This document shows, in pieces, positions 31,171 through 40,218 of a stretch of 64,000 bases of DNA. A program made the translations under genes and the position numbers. The number at the start of each line of letters is the position of its first letter. The first letter of the stretch is position 1. The stretch lies in NCBI GenBank assembly GCA_963811165.1, contig CAWEQH010000008.1, forward strand, positions 128,001-192,000, read 5' to 3'. A model generated the notes under the pieces. The model did no database searches and was not told where the DNA came from. It saw nothing but the letters and a program-made list of their open reading frames with translations. Origin of the DNA: an uncultured Nitrospiraceae bacterium (GTDB taxonomy: Bacteria > Nitrospirota > Thermodesulfovibrionia > Thermodesulfovibrionales > UBA6898).

Positions 31171-31460
31171 AATATCTCGCCGACGCGGTAACACTTGAAC
31201 TGATCTCGGAGAGGTGTACGGGCTGTGGCACATGCCTCGACGTCTGTCCGCACAGGGTATTTACACTCGAAAATAGGAAGGCGGTCATTGCCGACAGGGA
31301 CAGATGCATGGAGTGCGGGGCCTGTGTGATGAACTGCCCGTTCGGGGCGCTATCGGTGGATAAGGGCGTCGGCTGTGCCGCCGCACTGATCAACAGCATG
31401 ATTACCGGAGGCGAGCCGACCTGCGGCTGCAGCGACAACAAAGACGGCGGATGCTGCTAA
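31167..31460 (+). CDS. hgcB: mercury methylation ferredoxin HgcB
   Basis: Two CxxCxxCxxxCP motifs including CMECGAC; GVGCA; terminal CC. Confidence 0.96.
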   Translation: MKYLADAVTLELISERCTGCGTCLDVCPHRVFTLENRKAVIADRDRCMECGACVMNCPFGALSVDKGVGCAAALINSMITGGEPTCGCSDNKDGGCC

Positions 31461-31469
31461 GGGAACCAT

Positions 31470-32156
31470 ATGAGCCCCGGAAATAATCAAATGGAAATTA
31501 TATTTTCCCGGACTTTCAAGAACAGCGCGACATTTTATAAATGGGCATCTGCCCTTGCGCTCATAACCATTTTCTATAATTTGCTGGAAGGCTCTGTTTC
31601 AGTCTTCTTCGGGCTTGAGGATGGAACCATAGCCCTGTTCGGTTTTGGTCTTGATTCATTCGTCGAGGTCATATCGGGCATAGGGATTTGGCATATGATA
31701 AAACGCATGAAGCAGCACGACGTCGGCAATCACGACCAGTTCGAACGGCGGGCACTCCGGATTACCGGAGGGGCCTTCTATCTTCTTACGGCCGGCCTGA
31801 TAATCACTTCTGCGATGAACGTTATGAAAGGTACCAAGCCGGAAACGACCTTCTGGGGAATTGTGGTATCGGTTGTTTCGATCTTATCCATGTGGTCGCT
31901 TATTCATTATAAGGTCAAGATAGGCAGACAGTACAATTCTCAGGCCCTGCTGGCCGATGCTCAATGCTCAAAGGCATGCATGTATCTTTCCGTAGTGCTT
32001 CTTGTCTCAAGCGTGGGATATGAGTTGACGGGCGTAGGAATGGTCGATTCAATAGGCGCCATTGGGATAGCGGTTCTCTCTTTCAGGGAGGGGCGGGAGG
32101 CAATTGAAAAGGCGAAAGGCAATTTGACGTGCAGCTGTCAGGGGAAATGTCCTTAG
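31470..32156 (+). CDS. cation efflux (CDF-like) TM-domain transporter
   Basis: YNLLEG, GFGLDSFVE, ALLADA; Cys-rich tail CSCQGKCP. Confidence 0.8.
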   Translation: MSPGNNQMEIIFSRTFKNSATFYKWASALALITIFYNLLEGSVSVFFGLEDGTIALFGFGLDSFVEVISGIGIWHMIKRMKQHDVGNHDQFERRALRITGGAFYLLTAGLIITSAMNVMKGTKPETTFWGIVVSVVSILSMWSLIHYKVKIGRQYNSQALLADAQCSKACMYLSVVLLVSSVGYELTGVGMVDSIGAIGIAVLSFREGREAIEKAKGNLTCSCQGKCP

Positions 32157-32163
32157 AAAAAAG

Positions 32164-33186
32164 TTACACCAAACCCCGTTCGACAAGTTCATTTTTGATA
32201 TAGGCGTAATAGATGGGCGCCGCGATTACCCCTTCTATCCCGAAGGCGGCTTCCATCACCAGCATCGCCAGGAGCAGTTCCCACGCATGCGCCCTGATCT
32301 GAGAACCTATGATCCGGGCATTCAGGAAATACTCAAGCTTATGGACTATTACAAGGAACGCCAGAGACCCAAGCGCAACGGCCGGCGAATAGCTAAGACT
32401 TACTACGGTGATGATCGAATTTGAGATAAGGTTGCCTACGATCGGGAGCAGGCCGGTGACAAACGTCATTGCGACCATGGTCTTTACAAGCGGCAGGTCA
32501 ATTCCCAGCAGGGGCAGCAGAACCCCTAAATAGATCGCAGCGAACAGCGTGTTTATTGCGGCGATGCGGACCTGTGCGAAAACGACTGAACGGAAGGCAG
32601 TGCTCAAACGCGAAATGCGGCCTGCCAGCGCCCCTGTAAGAGGGCGGAACTTCTGAGCAGGGGAGGCCTCCCTTAAAGAAATCAGTCCGCCGATCACCAG
32701 GCCGATAAGGACATGAGCGGTAACGCGGCCCGCCTTTTTCCCGGCCGTCTGTAATTCCCCTGCATGCTCATGCAGCCAGCTCACAGACCAACTCCTGAGG
32801 CCCTCAACGTCGGCCGGCAAATAATCCGTGAGCCAGCCCGGCAGTTTTCCACGCAGGCCATCGAGGATCTCAGCCATCTTTTTCAGCAACGCCGGAATAC
32901 TTTCCGGCTCGTTGCGGAAGATAAGGACCGCTCCCCAGATCATCGCAACAAGCAATAGCACAACTAACCCGGCCAGCAGCGCGACCACGACGAGCTTTGC
33001 GCGTTTGCCGCTCAACCTTGTAATGCGAAAAACCGGCGCAAGTATGTGGACTAATTCATAGACGAGAAAACCCGCAAGAAAGGCGGGCAGCAGGTGCAGG
33101 CCGAGGATGAGGAGCAACGCCGCTCCCGCGAGAAGCCAAGCGGCGATTTCATAACCTGTTGGATGAGATTTGGCCTTATCCGTCAT
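32164..33186 (-). CDS. AI-2E family transporter
   Basis: AQVRIAAIN, LLPIVGN, HKLEYFLNARIIG. Confidence 0.85.
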   Translation of the reverse strand: MTDKAKSHPTGYEIAAWLLAGAALLLILGLHLLPAFLAGFLVYELVHILAPVFRITRLSGKRAKLVVVALLAGLVVLLLVAMIWGAVLIFRNEPESIPALLKKMAEILDGLRGKLPGWLTDYLPADVEGLRSWSVSWLHEHAGELQTAGKKAGRVTAHVLIGLVIGGLISLREASPAQKFRPLTGALAGRISRLSTAFRSVVFAQVRIAAINTLFAAIYLGVLLPLLGIDLPLVKTMVAMTFVTGLLPIVGNLISNSIITVVSLSYSPAVALGSLAFLVIVHKLEYFLNARIIGSQIRAHAWELLLAMLVMEAAFGIEGVIAAPIYYAYIKNELVERGLV

Positions 33187-33273
33187 TCCCCTGGCATGAC
33201 CGTTCCTTTGTTTACTAATAAGGATAGAGGATCGGTTTACTATTTGCAACAGGAGTCCGAGGTTGCGGAGAGA

Positions 33274-34047
33274 CTAATCCCTGCGCCCTCCGAGTGAATC
33301 CGAAAGCCTGGCGAATTCCTCCAGACTCAGTGTCTCCGGCCTTCTGCCAGGATCGATACCGGCCGCCCCCAATAACCCTTTAATGTTTCCCCCAAGACCT
33401 TTCAGGGAATTGGAAAGCGTTTTTCTTCTTTGAGAGAACGCGGTCTTGACGACGCGGAAGAACATTTCTTCATCTCTCACATCTACCGAAGGCCTTTGGA
33501 GTATCTTCATGTAAAGAACCGCAGAATCGACCTTTGGGGCCGGCCGGAAGGCCTCTTTGGGGATGATAAACTGCATTTCAGGCATCGCATGATATTGGAC
33601 CATGATCGAGAGCACTCCATAGTCCTTTCCGCCGGGCGCCGCCGCTATCCTCTCGGCGACCTCCTTTTGGATAGTGAGTGTCATGGACTCCAAATTCCCC
33701 TTCGCCTCGAGAAGTCTGAAGATTATCGGCGTAGTAATGTAGTAGGGAATGTTTGAAACGACCTTGAACGTGCCAACATTTTCATAAGGGAATTTCATCG
33801 CGTCTCCGTGGATGAGGTCCACATTCCTGTAGCCGACAAATTCCGACCTCAACCTCTCGTAAAGGTCCTGATCGAGTTCAATGGCTATCACCTTTTTCAC
33901 GGCATCTGCAAGGAGCCTCGTGAGTCTGCCGGGGCCCGGTCCGATTTCAACGACGGTATCTTCCGTGGAGAGATCAGCCGCATCGATTATCCTTGTCAGA
34001 ATCGACGGGTCATAAAGAAAATTCTGCCCTAGATGCTTCTTAGGCAT
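33274..34047 (-). CDS. rsmA: 16S rRNA adenine dimethyltransferase
   Basis: GQNFL, EIGPGPG, NIPYYIT, PKVDS. Confidence 0.95.
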   Translation of the reverse strand: MPKKHLGQNFLYDPSILTRIIDAADLSTEDTVVEIGPGPGRLTRLLADAVKKVIAIELDQDLYERLRSEFVGYRNVDLIHGDAMKFPYENVGTFKVVSNIPYYITTPIIFRLLEAKGNLESMTLTIQKEVAERIAAAPGGKDYGVLSIMVQYHAMPEMQFIIPKEAFRPAPKVDSAVLYMKILQRPSVDVRDEEMFFRVVKTAFSQRRKTLSNSLKGLGGNIKGLLGAAGIDPGRRPETLSLEEFARLSDSLGGRRD

Positions 34048-34095
34048 GATGCAACAAAGAAGGAATGAGCGAAAACACTGTGCCTTGTCCTTCTT

Positions 34096-35079
34096 TCATA
34101 TTTTAAGGCGTGTTGCCATTTTTATCGCCTCGATCATGCTGGAAGGGTTTGCGCGCCCCTTCCAGGCGATGTCATAGGCCGTGCCGTGGTCAGGAGAAGT
34201 CCGGATGATCGGAAGCCCGATCGTCACATTTATCCCTGTTTCGAAGGCGATCATCTTAAGGGGGATAAGACCCTGGTCGTGATACATGCAGACCACGATG
34301 TCGAATTCACCCTTGTACGCCTTGTTGAAAACCGTATCCGGAGGGAAGGGGCCTAAGGCTTCGATCCCTTCCTTTGCCGCCTCTTTAACGGCCGGGATGA
34401 TCTCTTCCATTTCTTCACGACCGAATATCCCTGCTTCTCCGGCATGAGGATTCAGGCCGGCCACCGCTATCCGCGGCCTTTCGATCCCCATCATTCCGCA
34501 TGCCTTCCTGGCGAGCCGGATTGTCCTAAGCACGCTATTTTTAGAAATCTTATCCGGTACGCTCTTGAGGGACGTATGTATTGTGACAAGAATAACCCTT
34601 AGCGGCCCGCCTGCAAGCATCATAGCGTAATCGTCCGTAGAGGTGAGCGCTGCAAGCATTTCTGTATGGCCCGGCCATTTCATGCCGGCCATCTTCATGG
34701 CTTCTTTCGAGATCGGCGCCGTAACAATGCCGTCGACTTTTTTGTCGAGCGCAAGCTCGGTCGCTTTCCTGATATAGCCCGCAGATGCGGTTCCGCCATC
34801 CGGCGTGGCCTCCCCTCTTTCAAAGTTTCTCAGCAGCCGAAGGTCGATAAGTTCTACGACCCCGGGAGAGGGACGAGACTCTTCGGGAGTCCCGATGATA
34901 TTGAGCTTCAGGAGCGGGTCGATGAGTCTCAGCGCCTCTTCCATTACGATCCTGTCTCCGATAACGATCGGGGCAGAGCATGATCGGACTTCGGGGGACA
35001 TCACAGCCTTGACCGTTACCTCCGGTCCAACCCCTCCGGGGTCTCCCATCGTGATAGCAAGTTTTTTCATATAGGCCAT
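34096..35079 (-). CDS. pdxA: 4-hydroxythreonine-4-phosphate dehydrogenase
   Basis: GDPGGVGPE, NPHAGE, MYHDQG, RTSPDHGTA. Confidence 0.95.
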   Translation of the reverse strand: MAYMKKLAITMGDPGGVGPEVTVKAVMSPEVRSCSAPIVIGDRIVMEEALRLIDPLLKLNIIGTPEESRPSPGVVELIDLRLLRNFERGEATPDGGTASAGYIRKATELALDKKVDGIVTAPISKEAMKMAGMKWPGHTEMLAALTSTDDYAMMLAGGPLRVILVTIHTSLKSVPDKISKNSVLRTIRLARKACGMMGIERPRIAVAGLNPHAGEAGIFGREEMEEIIPAVKEAAKEGIEALGPFPPDTVFNKAYKGEFDIVVCMYHDQGLIPLKMIAFETGINVTIGLPIIRTSPDHGTAYDIAWKGRANPSSMIEAIKMATRLKI

Positions 35080-35433
35080 TCTATGTTAACTGTTTTCGGT
35101 GGGGCAGACAATGCTATTTCTTCTTTTTTTTTCGCGGGAACATCTGCAATTGCCGTAAAGCCGGACTTTTTCATCCATGCATCCCGTATTCTTGATCAGT
35201 AAACCGGAAATCAATCTGAAAAAACTTTTTTCCATCTTCTGAAAGAGAGGCCTGTATTCCTTTTGCTGTCCACTCCTTGAAAGGTCGGGAATCGTCTTCA
35301 GTAAAATCGCTTTTGTTCGGTTTGCCATATTTTGTGATCAGCCGCGTAACAGGAAATGGGGAATCGGGAAGCGCTTCTCTACATTCTATAGCAGAATTTC
35401 CTCAGGCTGCTCCCTGAGGCTGCTTTATCAGGC

Positions 35434-35811
35434 TTAAGGTCTGCTAATCAGTAATGTCACAAAGTCCAGGTAATTGGCATCTTTTTCTATTAGTTGAATT
35501 CCCATCCCATCTTTTGATGGTATTCCTGCCCTTTCCAACATCAAACTATATGGCTCCCTTATGGCTCTAGTGACTCTACCAGTCAATTTTGAAGTCGAGC
35601 CATCGGGCAGATCGACTATCATTTCAATTATTTTATCTATGGAGAGAGGCTTTCTTGTCTTTATGAAGAGCCCATCTAATGACAAGTTTCTACATAATGC
35701 TGTATATGTCTGACCATCCGCGGTAAATTTAGCGGTACAACGCTTTGCAAATCTTTTTTGCGTTCTCCTTTCACGCTCTGAATTCCTCATTGCGCTAATC
35801 CCTGCTCCCAT
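35434..35811 (-). CDS. PilZ domain protein
   Basis: RxxxR (RRTQKR), NLSLDG, GMGI. Confidence 0.8.
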   Translation of the reverse strand: MGAGISAMRNSERERRTQKRFAKRCTAKFTADGQTYTALCRNLSLDGLFIKTRKPLSIDKIIEMIVDLPDGSTSKLTGRVTRAIREPYSLMLERAGIPSKDGMGIQLIEKDANYLDFVTLLISRP

Positions 35812-36140
35812 TATAGCAGATCTTGAAGGTGACCGATAACTCTCAGACTCAGCTTTAAGAGTATATTCTTGTCCATGTTCAGCCTCTTGTTCAAACTGAG
35901 AGCAGCCCCGCCTAAACTTATATTGCGAATCTTCACATCTGTAGTAAAAACACCCTGCACTGGAAGTCTATGCCTTCGATTAAGAACCTCTGATGCCCTC
36001 TTTTCTCCTTCACATTGTCAAATAATATCACTTATTACATCCGTCTTGTATGTTATTCTATTCATCAGCAGGACAATGTAATACGGCTGCCCCGATAAGG
36101 GATAGTGTCACTGTGAACATTTCGAAAACTGGGGTGCATA

Positions 36141-37121
36141 ATGCAGGTCGGAAGAAAGATAGCAGATTATTTTAAGGTTGACAAGGAACTGATAATCGTA
36201 TTTCTTCTGGTTGCTATTGCAGGATTTATTTTCTTTTTTGTCTCTAATCAACGCGCATTCCTGACCATGTTTTATATTCCTGTTCTTATAGGTGCTTATC
36301 ATTTCGGGAAGCGCTATGCTACGAATGCTGCGGTTCTTTCGGGGATACTGGTTTTTGTAATTGCATATTATTATCCTGCGAGCTTTGCGATGCCTTCCGA
36401 TGAGAGCCTATATCGATGGCTTGATCTCGTAACATGGCTTGGTTTTCTTCTTGTCATGGGATATTACGTTGGGCTTCTCTATGAGAAAAAAGAGAATGCG
36501 AAGGAAGAAATTAAAAAAACATATCAGGGGATAATCGAAATGTTATCCCTCATTATCGACTCCGTAGACAAACAAACCCAGAGCCACTCGTACAGGGTCT
36601 CTGTCGTTGCTGAGAGGATTGCAATACAGATGAAATGCCCTCAGCAAGAAATAGAAAACATCAAGATTGCTGCGTTGCTACACGACTTGGGAAAACTGGG
36701 ACTGAGTGCTGAGGTTCTTAACAAAATAGGTAAGTTGTCAGCGGAGGAACACGAACATGTGAAGGCACACGTTAAAATCGGTGCTCAGTTTATTGCGCCG
36801 GTCGGAGGCAGGGTTTTGGATCTGTTACCATATATTCTCCTACATCATGAAAAATATGATGGGACTGGCTATCAGAGTGTTATAGGTGAAGGGGTTCCGT
36901 TAGGAGCGAGGATTATTGCGGTAGCGGACTACTATGACGCTTTATTATCGGATCGCCCGTATCGGCAGGGATTATCTCCGTTGGCTGTGAGAGACGAGAT
37001 ATTGCAAAATAGTGGCAAACATTTCGACCCCGCCGTCGTCGAGGCTTTTGCTGCCATATTCCAGACATTGGGGGCTGACGCGCCGTTAATATCTGAGAAT
37101 TTATTACGTAAGGGCCATTAG
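36141..37121 (+). CDS. membrane-anchored HD-GYP-like phosphohydrolase
   Basis: TM region, HS, LHDLGK, HHEKYDGTGY, RPYR. Confidence 0.85.
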   Translation: MQVGRKIADYFKVDKELIIVFLLVAIAGFIFFFVSNQRAFLTMFYIPVLIGAYHFGKRYATNAAVLSGILVFVIAYYYPASFAMPSDESLYRWLDLVTWLGFLLVMGYYVGLLYEKKENAKEEIKKTYQGIIEMLSLIIDSVDKQTQSHSYRVSVVAERIAIQMKCPQQEIENIKIAALLHDLGKLGLSAEVLNKIGKLSAEEHEHVKAHVKIGAQFIAPVGGRVLDLLPYILLHHEKYDGTGYQSVIGEGVPLGARIIAVADYYDALLSDRPYRQGLSPLAVRDEILQNSGKHFDPAVVEAFAAIFQTLGADAPLISENLLRKGH

Positions 37122-37180
37122 ACTGATTCAGATTCAGCACATGCAACCGGTCTTTAGTGCAGGAGGAGTTGATTCCTGCA

Positions 37181-37597
37181 CTATTCCCCGATAATCTTGA
37201 CCAGCACCCGCTTCCTGCGCATGCCGTCGAATTCCCCGTAGAAAATCTGCTCCCAGGTGCCGAAATCGAGCCTGCCTTCTGTTACGGCGACTACTACTTC
37301 TCTTCCCATGATCTGCCGCTTCATATGCGCGTCGGCGTTGTCCTCTCCGGCGTTGTGGCGATATTGAGAGACGGGTTCGTGCGGAGCGAGTTTTTCGAGC
37401 CAGACATCATAGTCGCGGTGCAGTCCCGGTTCATCGTCATTAATGAAGACCGATGCCGTAATATGCATTGCGTTTACGAGGACCAGGCCCTCGCGCACCC
37501 CGCTTTGCCTGAGGCATTCTTCGACCTGCGGGGTAATATTGATAAAGGCCCTGCGGGTCGGCACCTCAAACCATAACTCTTTCCGGTAACTCTTCAT
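37181..37597 (-). CDS. YjbQ (UPF0047) family protein
   Basis: HITAS, NADAHMK, GTWEQI..EFDG. Confidence 0.9.
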   Translation of the reverse strand: MKSYRKELWFEVPTRRAFINITPQVEECLRQSGVREGLVLVNAMHITASVFINDDEPGLHRDYDVWLEKLAPHEPVSQYRHNAGEDNADAHMKRQIMGREVVVAVTEGRLDFGTWEQIFYGEFDGMRRKRVLVKIIGE

Positions 37598-37738
37598 GAA
37601 TCAAATAATAACACCTCCCGGGATTGCCGACAACCATGATTTATGTTATTTCCTTAAAAAATGACAAATCGTTAAAAGATGATACCATTAGTGAATAGGG
37701 CACGTAGAAGGCACAATTTAAACGCGCAGGAGGATTAT

Positions 37739-38623
37739 ATGAAAAAGAGATTGGGAATATATATTTTCCATGGAGCTGAGGTTATAGATTGGGCGGGACC
37801 GATAGGTGTTTTTGCCGTCGCCCGGAGAATGGACCCCGAACTCGATGCATTCCTGATAGGTGATTCCATTGGGCCGGTAATGGCCACAGCAAACCTTTCT
37901 GTGAATCCACGGTAAAGTCTTGAGCAAAGACCCGATATGGATGCCTTCCTCATCCCGGGAGGAATAGGCACAAGAGCTGAGATTCATAATGGTCGTCTGA
38001 TAGAGTTTGCGAGAGGACTTTCGGAAAAGACTCTGCTTGTCAGTGTCTGCACAGGGTCGTGAGTATATGGAAAAGCGGGACTTCTTGACGGCGTGAGAGC
38101 AACGAACCGAAAAAATGGAGACCCAAGCGAAAAGATTATTCCCATAGACCGCCTGGCAGAAATCGCACCTAAAGTTATTATCGACCGGCACCGCATTGTT
38201 GATAGCGGGAGAATTATAACGGCGGGTGGCATAAGCTCAGGGCTGGAAATGGGTTTTTATCTCCTGGAACGTTTTGGGTATGATAAAAAGTTTGTAGCCA
38301 CTGTTGCCCATATTAAGACCATACAGGAACTCGGCGTTAGGCTTGCGGGCCTTGCTCCCCGGTCTTCGGGAACGCTCAAGGAGAGGCTTCGCAATACCGT
38401 GAGCTTTCTGGAATCCCTTGGATCAGTGGTGGATGTCACTGAAAAAAAAGGAAAGGTTGTTATCAACGGATATGGCTGCCCCATTACAGGGGCGGTCGAG
38501 GCTGACGGTCGCCTTTGCATTGCCATGGCTGTCATGATAAGCAAACTCGTCGGCACTCCCGCAACCGAGAGGTGCAACAGGGATGACCAGCCCGGTTGCT
38601 GCTTTGAGATCAAACTCCCCTGA
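37739..38623 (+). pseudogene. DJ-1/PfpI family pseudogene fused in frame to a regulator C-terminal fragment
   Basis: In-frame TAA 37913-15 and TGA 38060-62; IPGG, SVCTGS, TAGGISSG; then GCP...C...C..CCFEI. Confidence 0.75.
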
Positions 38624-38654
38624 AGACAGGCCTTTTGTTTGAATGAGGTGAACG

Positions 38655-39134
38655 ATGGGTAAGGGAGTAAGAAAAGCACTGATTCTTGCGGTCCTATGTT
38701 TTTTTTCCGCCCAGCAATCGGTGAGTTGGGCCGTGCGTGGCAACGAACTACTCGGTCTGTGGCAGAACGAAGAGCGCGACGCCATAATCAAGATCTACCA
38801 TTGCGGTGAGAAATCCTGCGGTAAAATAGTCTGGACAACGTCACCGGTCTATCCAGCCGACGATCCGCGCGGCCGCGCCGGGCAGGCGAGGCTGGATGAT
38901 AACAACCCTGATCCAAGACTCAGAACCCGGCCGATCGCAGGCCTTCAGATAATGGATGGATTTATATTTGATGGAAAGAACGAATGGAAGGGGGGCACGG
39001 TCTACGATCCAAAGAACGGCAATACATACAAAGGAAAGATGTCCCTTGCTTCTCCTGATGTACTGCATCTGCGGGGCTACGTTCTTTTTTCTTTTTTCGG
39101 CCGCACTACCAGTTGGACGCGGCTAAACCGCTGA
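38655..39134 (+). CDS. DUF2147 exported protein
   Basis: GLW, CGKIVW, DNNPDP, YDPKNG.TY, LRGY..GRT..W. Confidence 0.9.
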   Translation: MGKGVRKALILAVLCFFSAQQSVSWAVRGNELLGLWQNEERDAIIKIYHCGEKSCGKIVWTTSPVYPADDPRGRAGQARLDDNNPDPRLRTRPIAGLQIMDGFIFDGKNEWKGGTVYDPKNGNTYKGKMSLASPDVLHLRGYVLFSFFGRTTSWTRLNR

Positions 39135-39142
39135 CCGCCCGC

Positions 39143-40216
39143 TCAGACCCTCCTCAGGAGAAATGCGTGGGCTGATAACCCTGCACCGAAGGCGACCATC
39201 ATACAATAATCCCCCTGCTCCACGCCTCTTTCCAAAATATCGTTGAGTACGAACAATACCGTGGGGGAAGACATATTTCCATGCTCGGCAAGTATTGTGC
39301 GAGTAGGGATCAACTGGTCTTCGGAGAGCCCTGTCTCAGCCTTTATTGTTGTGATGATCTTTTCACCACCGCTATGGAGCGCCCAGTGCTTTATATCTTC
39401 AACCCCAAGCGAGCGCGGCCCGAGGAGATCCTGAATAACGCGGGCTGCTGCTTTCTTTATCAGGTGGGGCAGCTTCGTGGAAAGCTGGTTATGCAACTGC
39501 CCGTTTTTGTGCACATATCGTATGGCGTCACGGTCTTCGGGAACATAGTAACTGGAAGAGGCGACAAGTTCCAAACCCTCAGAACGCGTCCAGAGGACCG
39601 CAGCAGCAGCGCCGTCGCCAAAGAGCGCATTGGAGACGAGCAGGCTCAGATCGTCTCCCATCTGGAATGTCGCGCTGCATATCTCGACGGAAACACTCAC
39701 CACCGCCTTCCCCCCGGTGCCCCTGACGAGTGCTCCGGCAACTTCAAGGTTGGGGATCGCCCCTCCGCAGCCGCTGCCGACGAGATCATAGACCTTTATC
39801 TGGCGGTCAAACCCCATCGTTTCGATAAGGTAGGTCGATATGCCCGGGCAGATATAGCCGGTGCAGGTATTGACGACGATTCCTGCCACGTTGCCAGTGG
39901 ACAGCCCGGCCCTGAGGAGTGCCTCTTGTATCGCCTGGGCCGAGAGATCGACAGCGTATCGGGTGAACCGTTGAATCCGGCTGTCCGGGTCTTCGTTCAG
40001 AAAGCTCCCCGGGTCTTCGATGGCAAAACTTCTCTTGCGTATAGAAGGATGGGTCAGGAGACTGTGTAGGAGCGAGCGGCTCCGGGAGCTGAGTGTCTCT
40101 GAATACCGTTCGAGGAGATGCCTCTCCACTTCGGCCTGGTCTATGGTAAAAGGGGGCGTTGCCACCGCAACGGATGCGATGTGCGCCCTGCCTGTCTTCT
40201 GATCTTCATGATGCAT
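39143..40216 (-). CDS. type III polyketide synthase
   Basis: Cys (GSGCGG), His (LHSGG), Asn (GNMSS) triad; LFGDGAAA; AFGAG. Confidence 0.92.
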   Translation of the reverse strand: MHHEDQKTGRAHIASVAVATPPFTIDQAEVERHLLERYSETLSSRSRSLLHSLLTHPSIRKRSFAIEDPGSFLNEDPDSRIQRFTRYAVDLSAQAIQEALLRAGLSTGNVAGIVVNTCTGYICPGISTYLIETMGFDRQIKVYDLVGSGCGGAIPNLEVAGALVRGTGGKAVVSVSVEICSATFQMGDDLSLLVSNALFGDGAAAAVLWTRSEGLELVASSSYYVPEDRDAIRYVHKNGQLHNQLSTKLPHLIKKAAARVIQDLLGPRSLGVEDIKHWALHSGGEKIITTIKAETGLSEDQLIPTRTILAEHGNMSSPTVLFVLNDILERGVEQGDYCMMVAFGAGLSAHAFLLRRV

Positions 40217-40218
40217 CG

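Noticed and set aside
38060..38062. In-frame TGA as selenocysteine or recoding
   Set aside because: It is not at the catalytic Cys (CTGS*), there is also an in-frame TAA, and TGA is a normal stop elsewhere in the window
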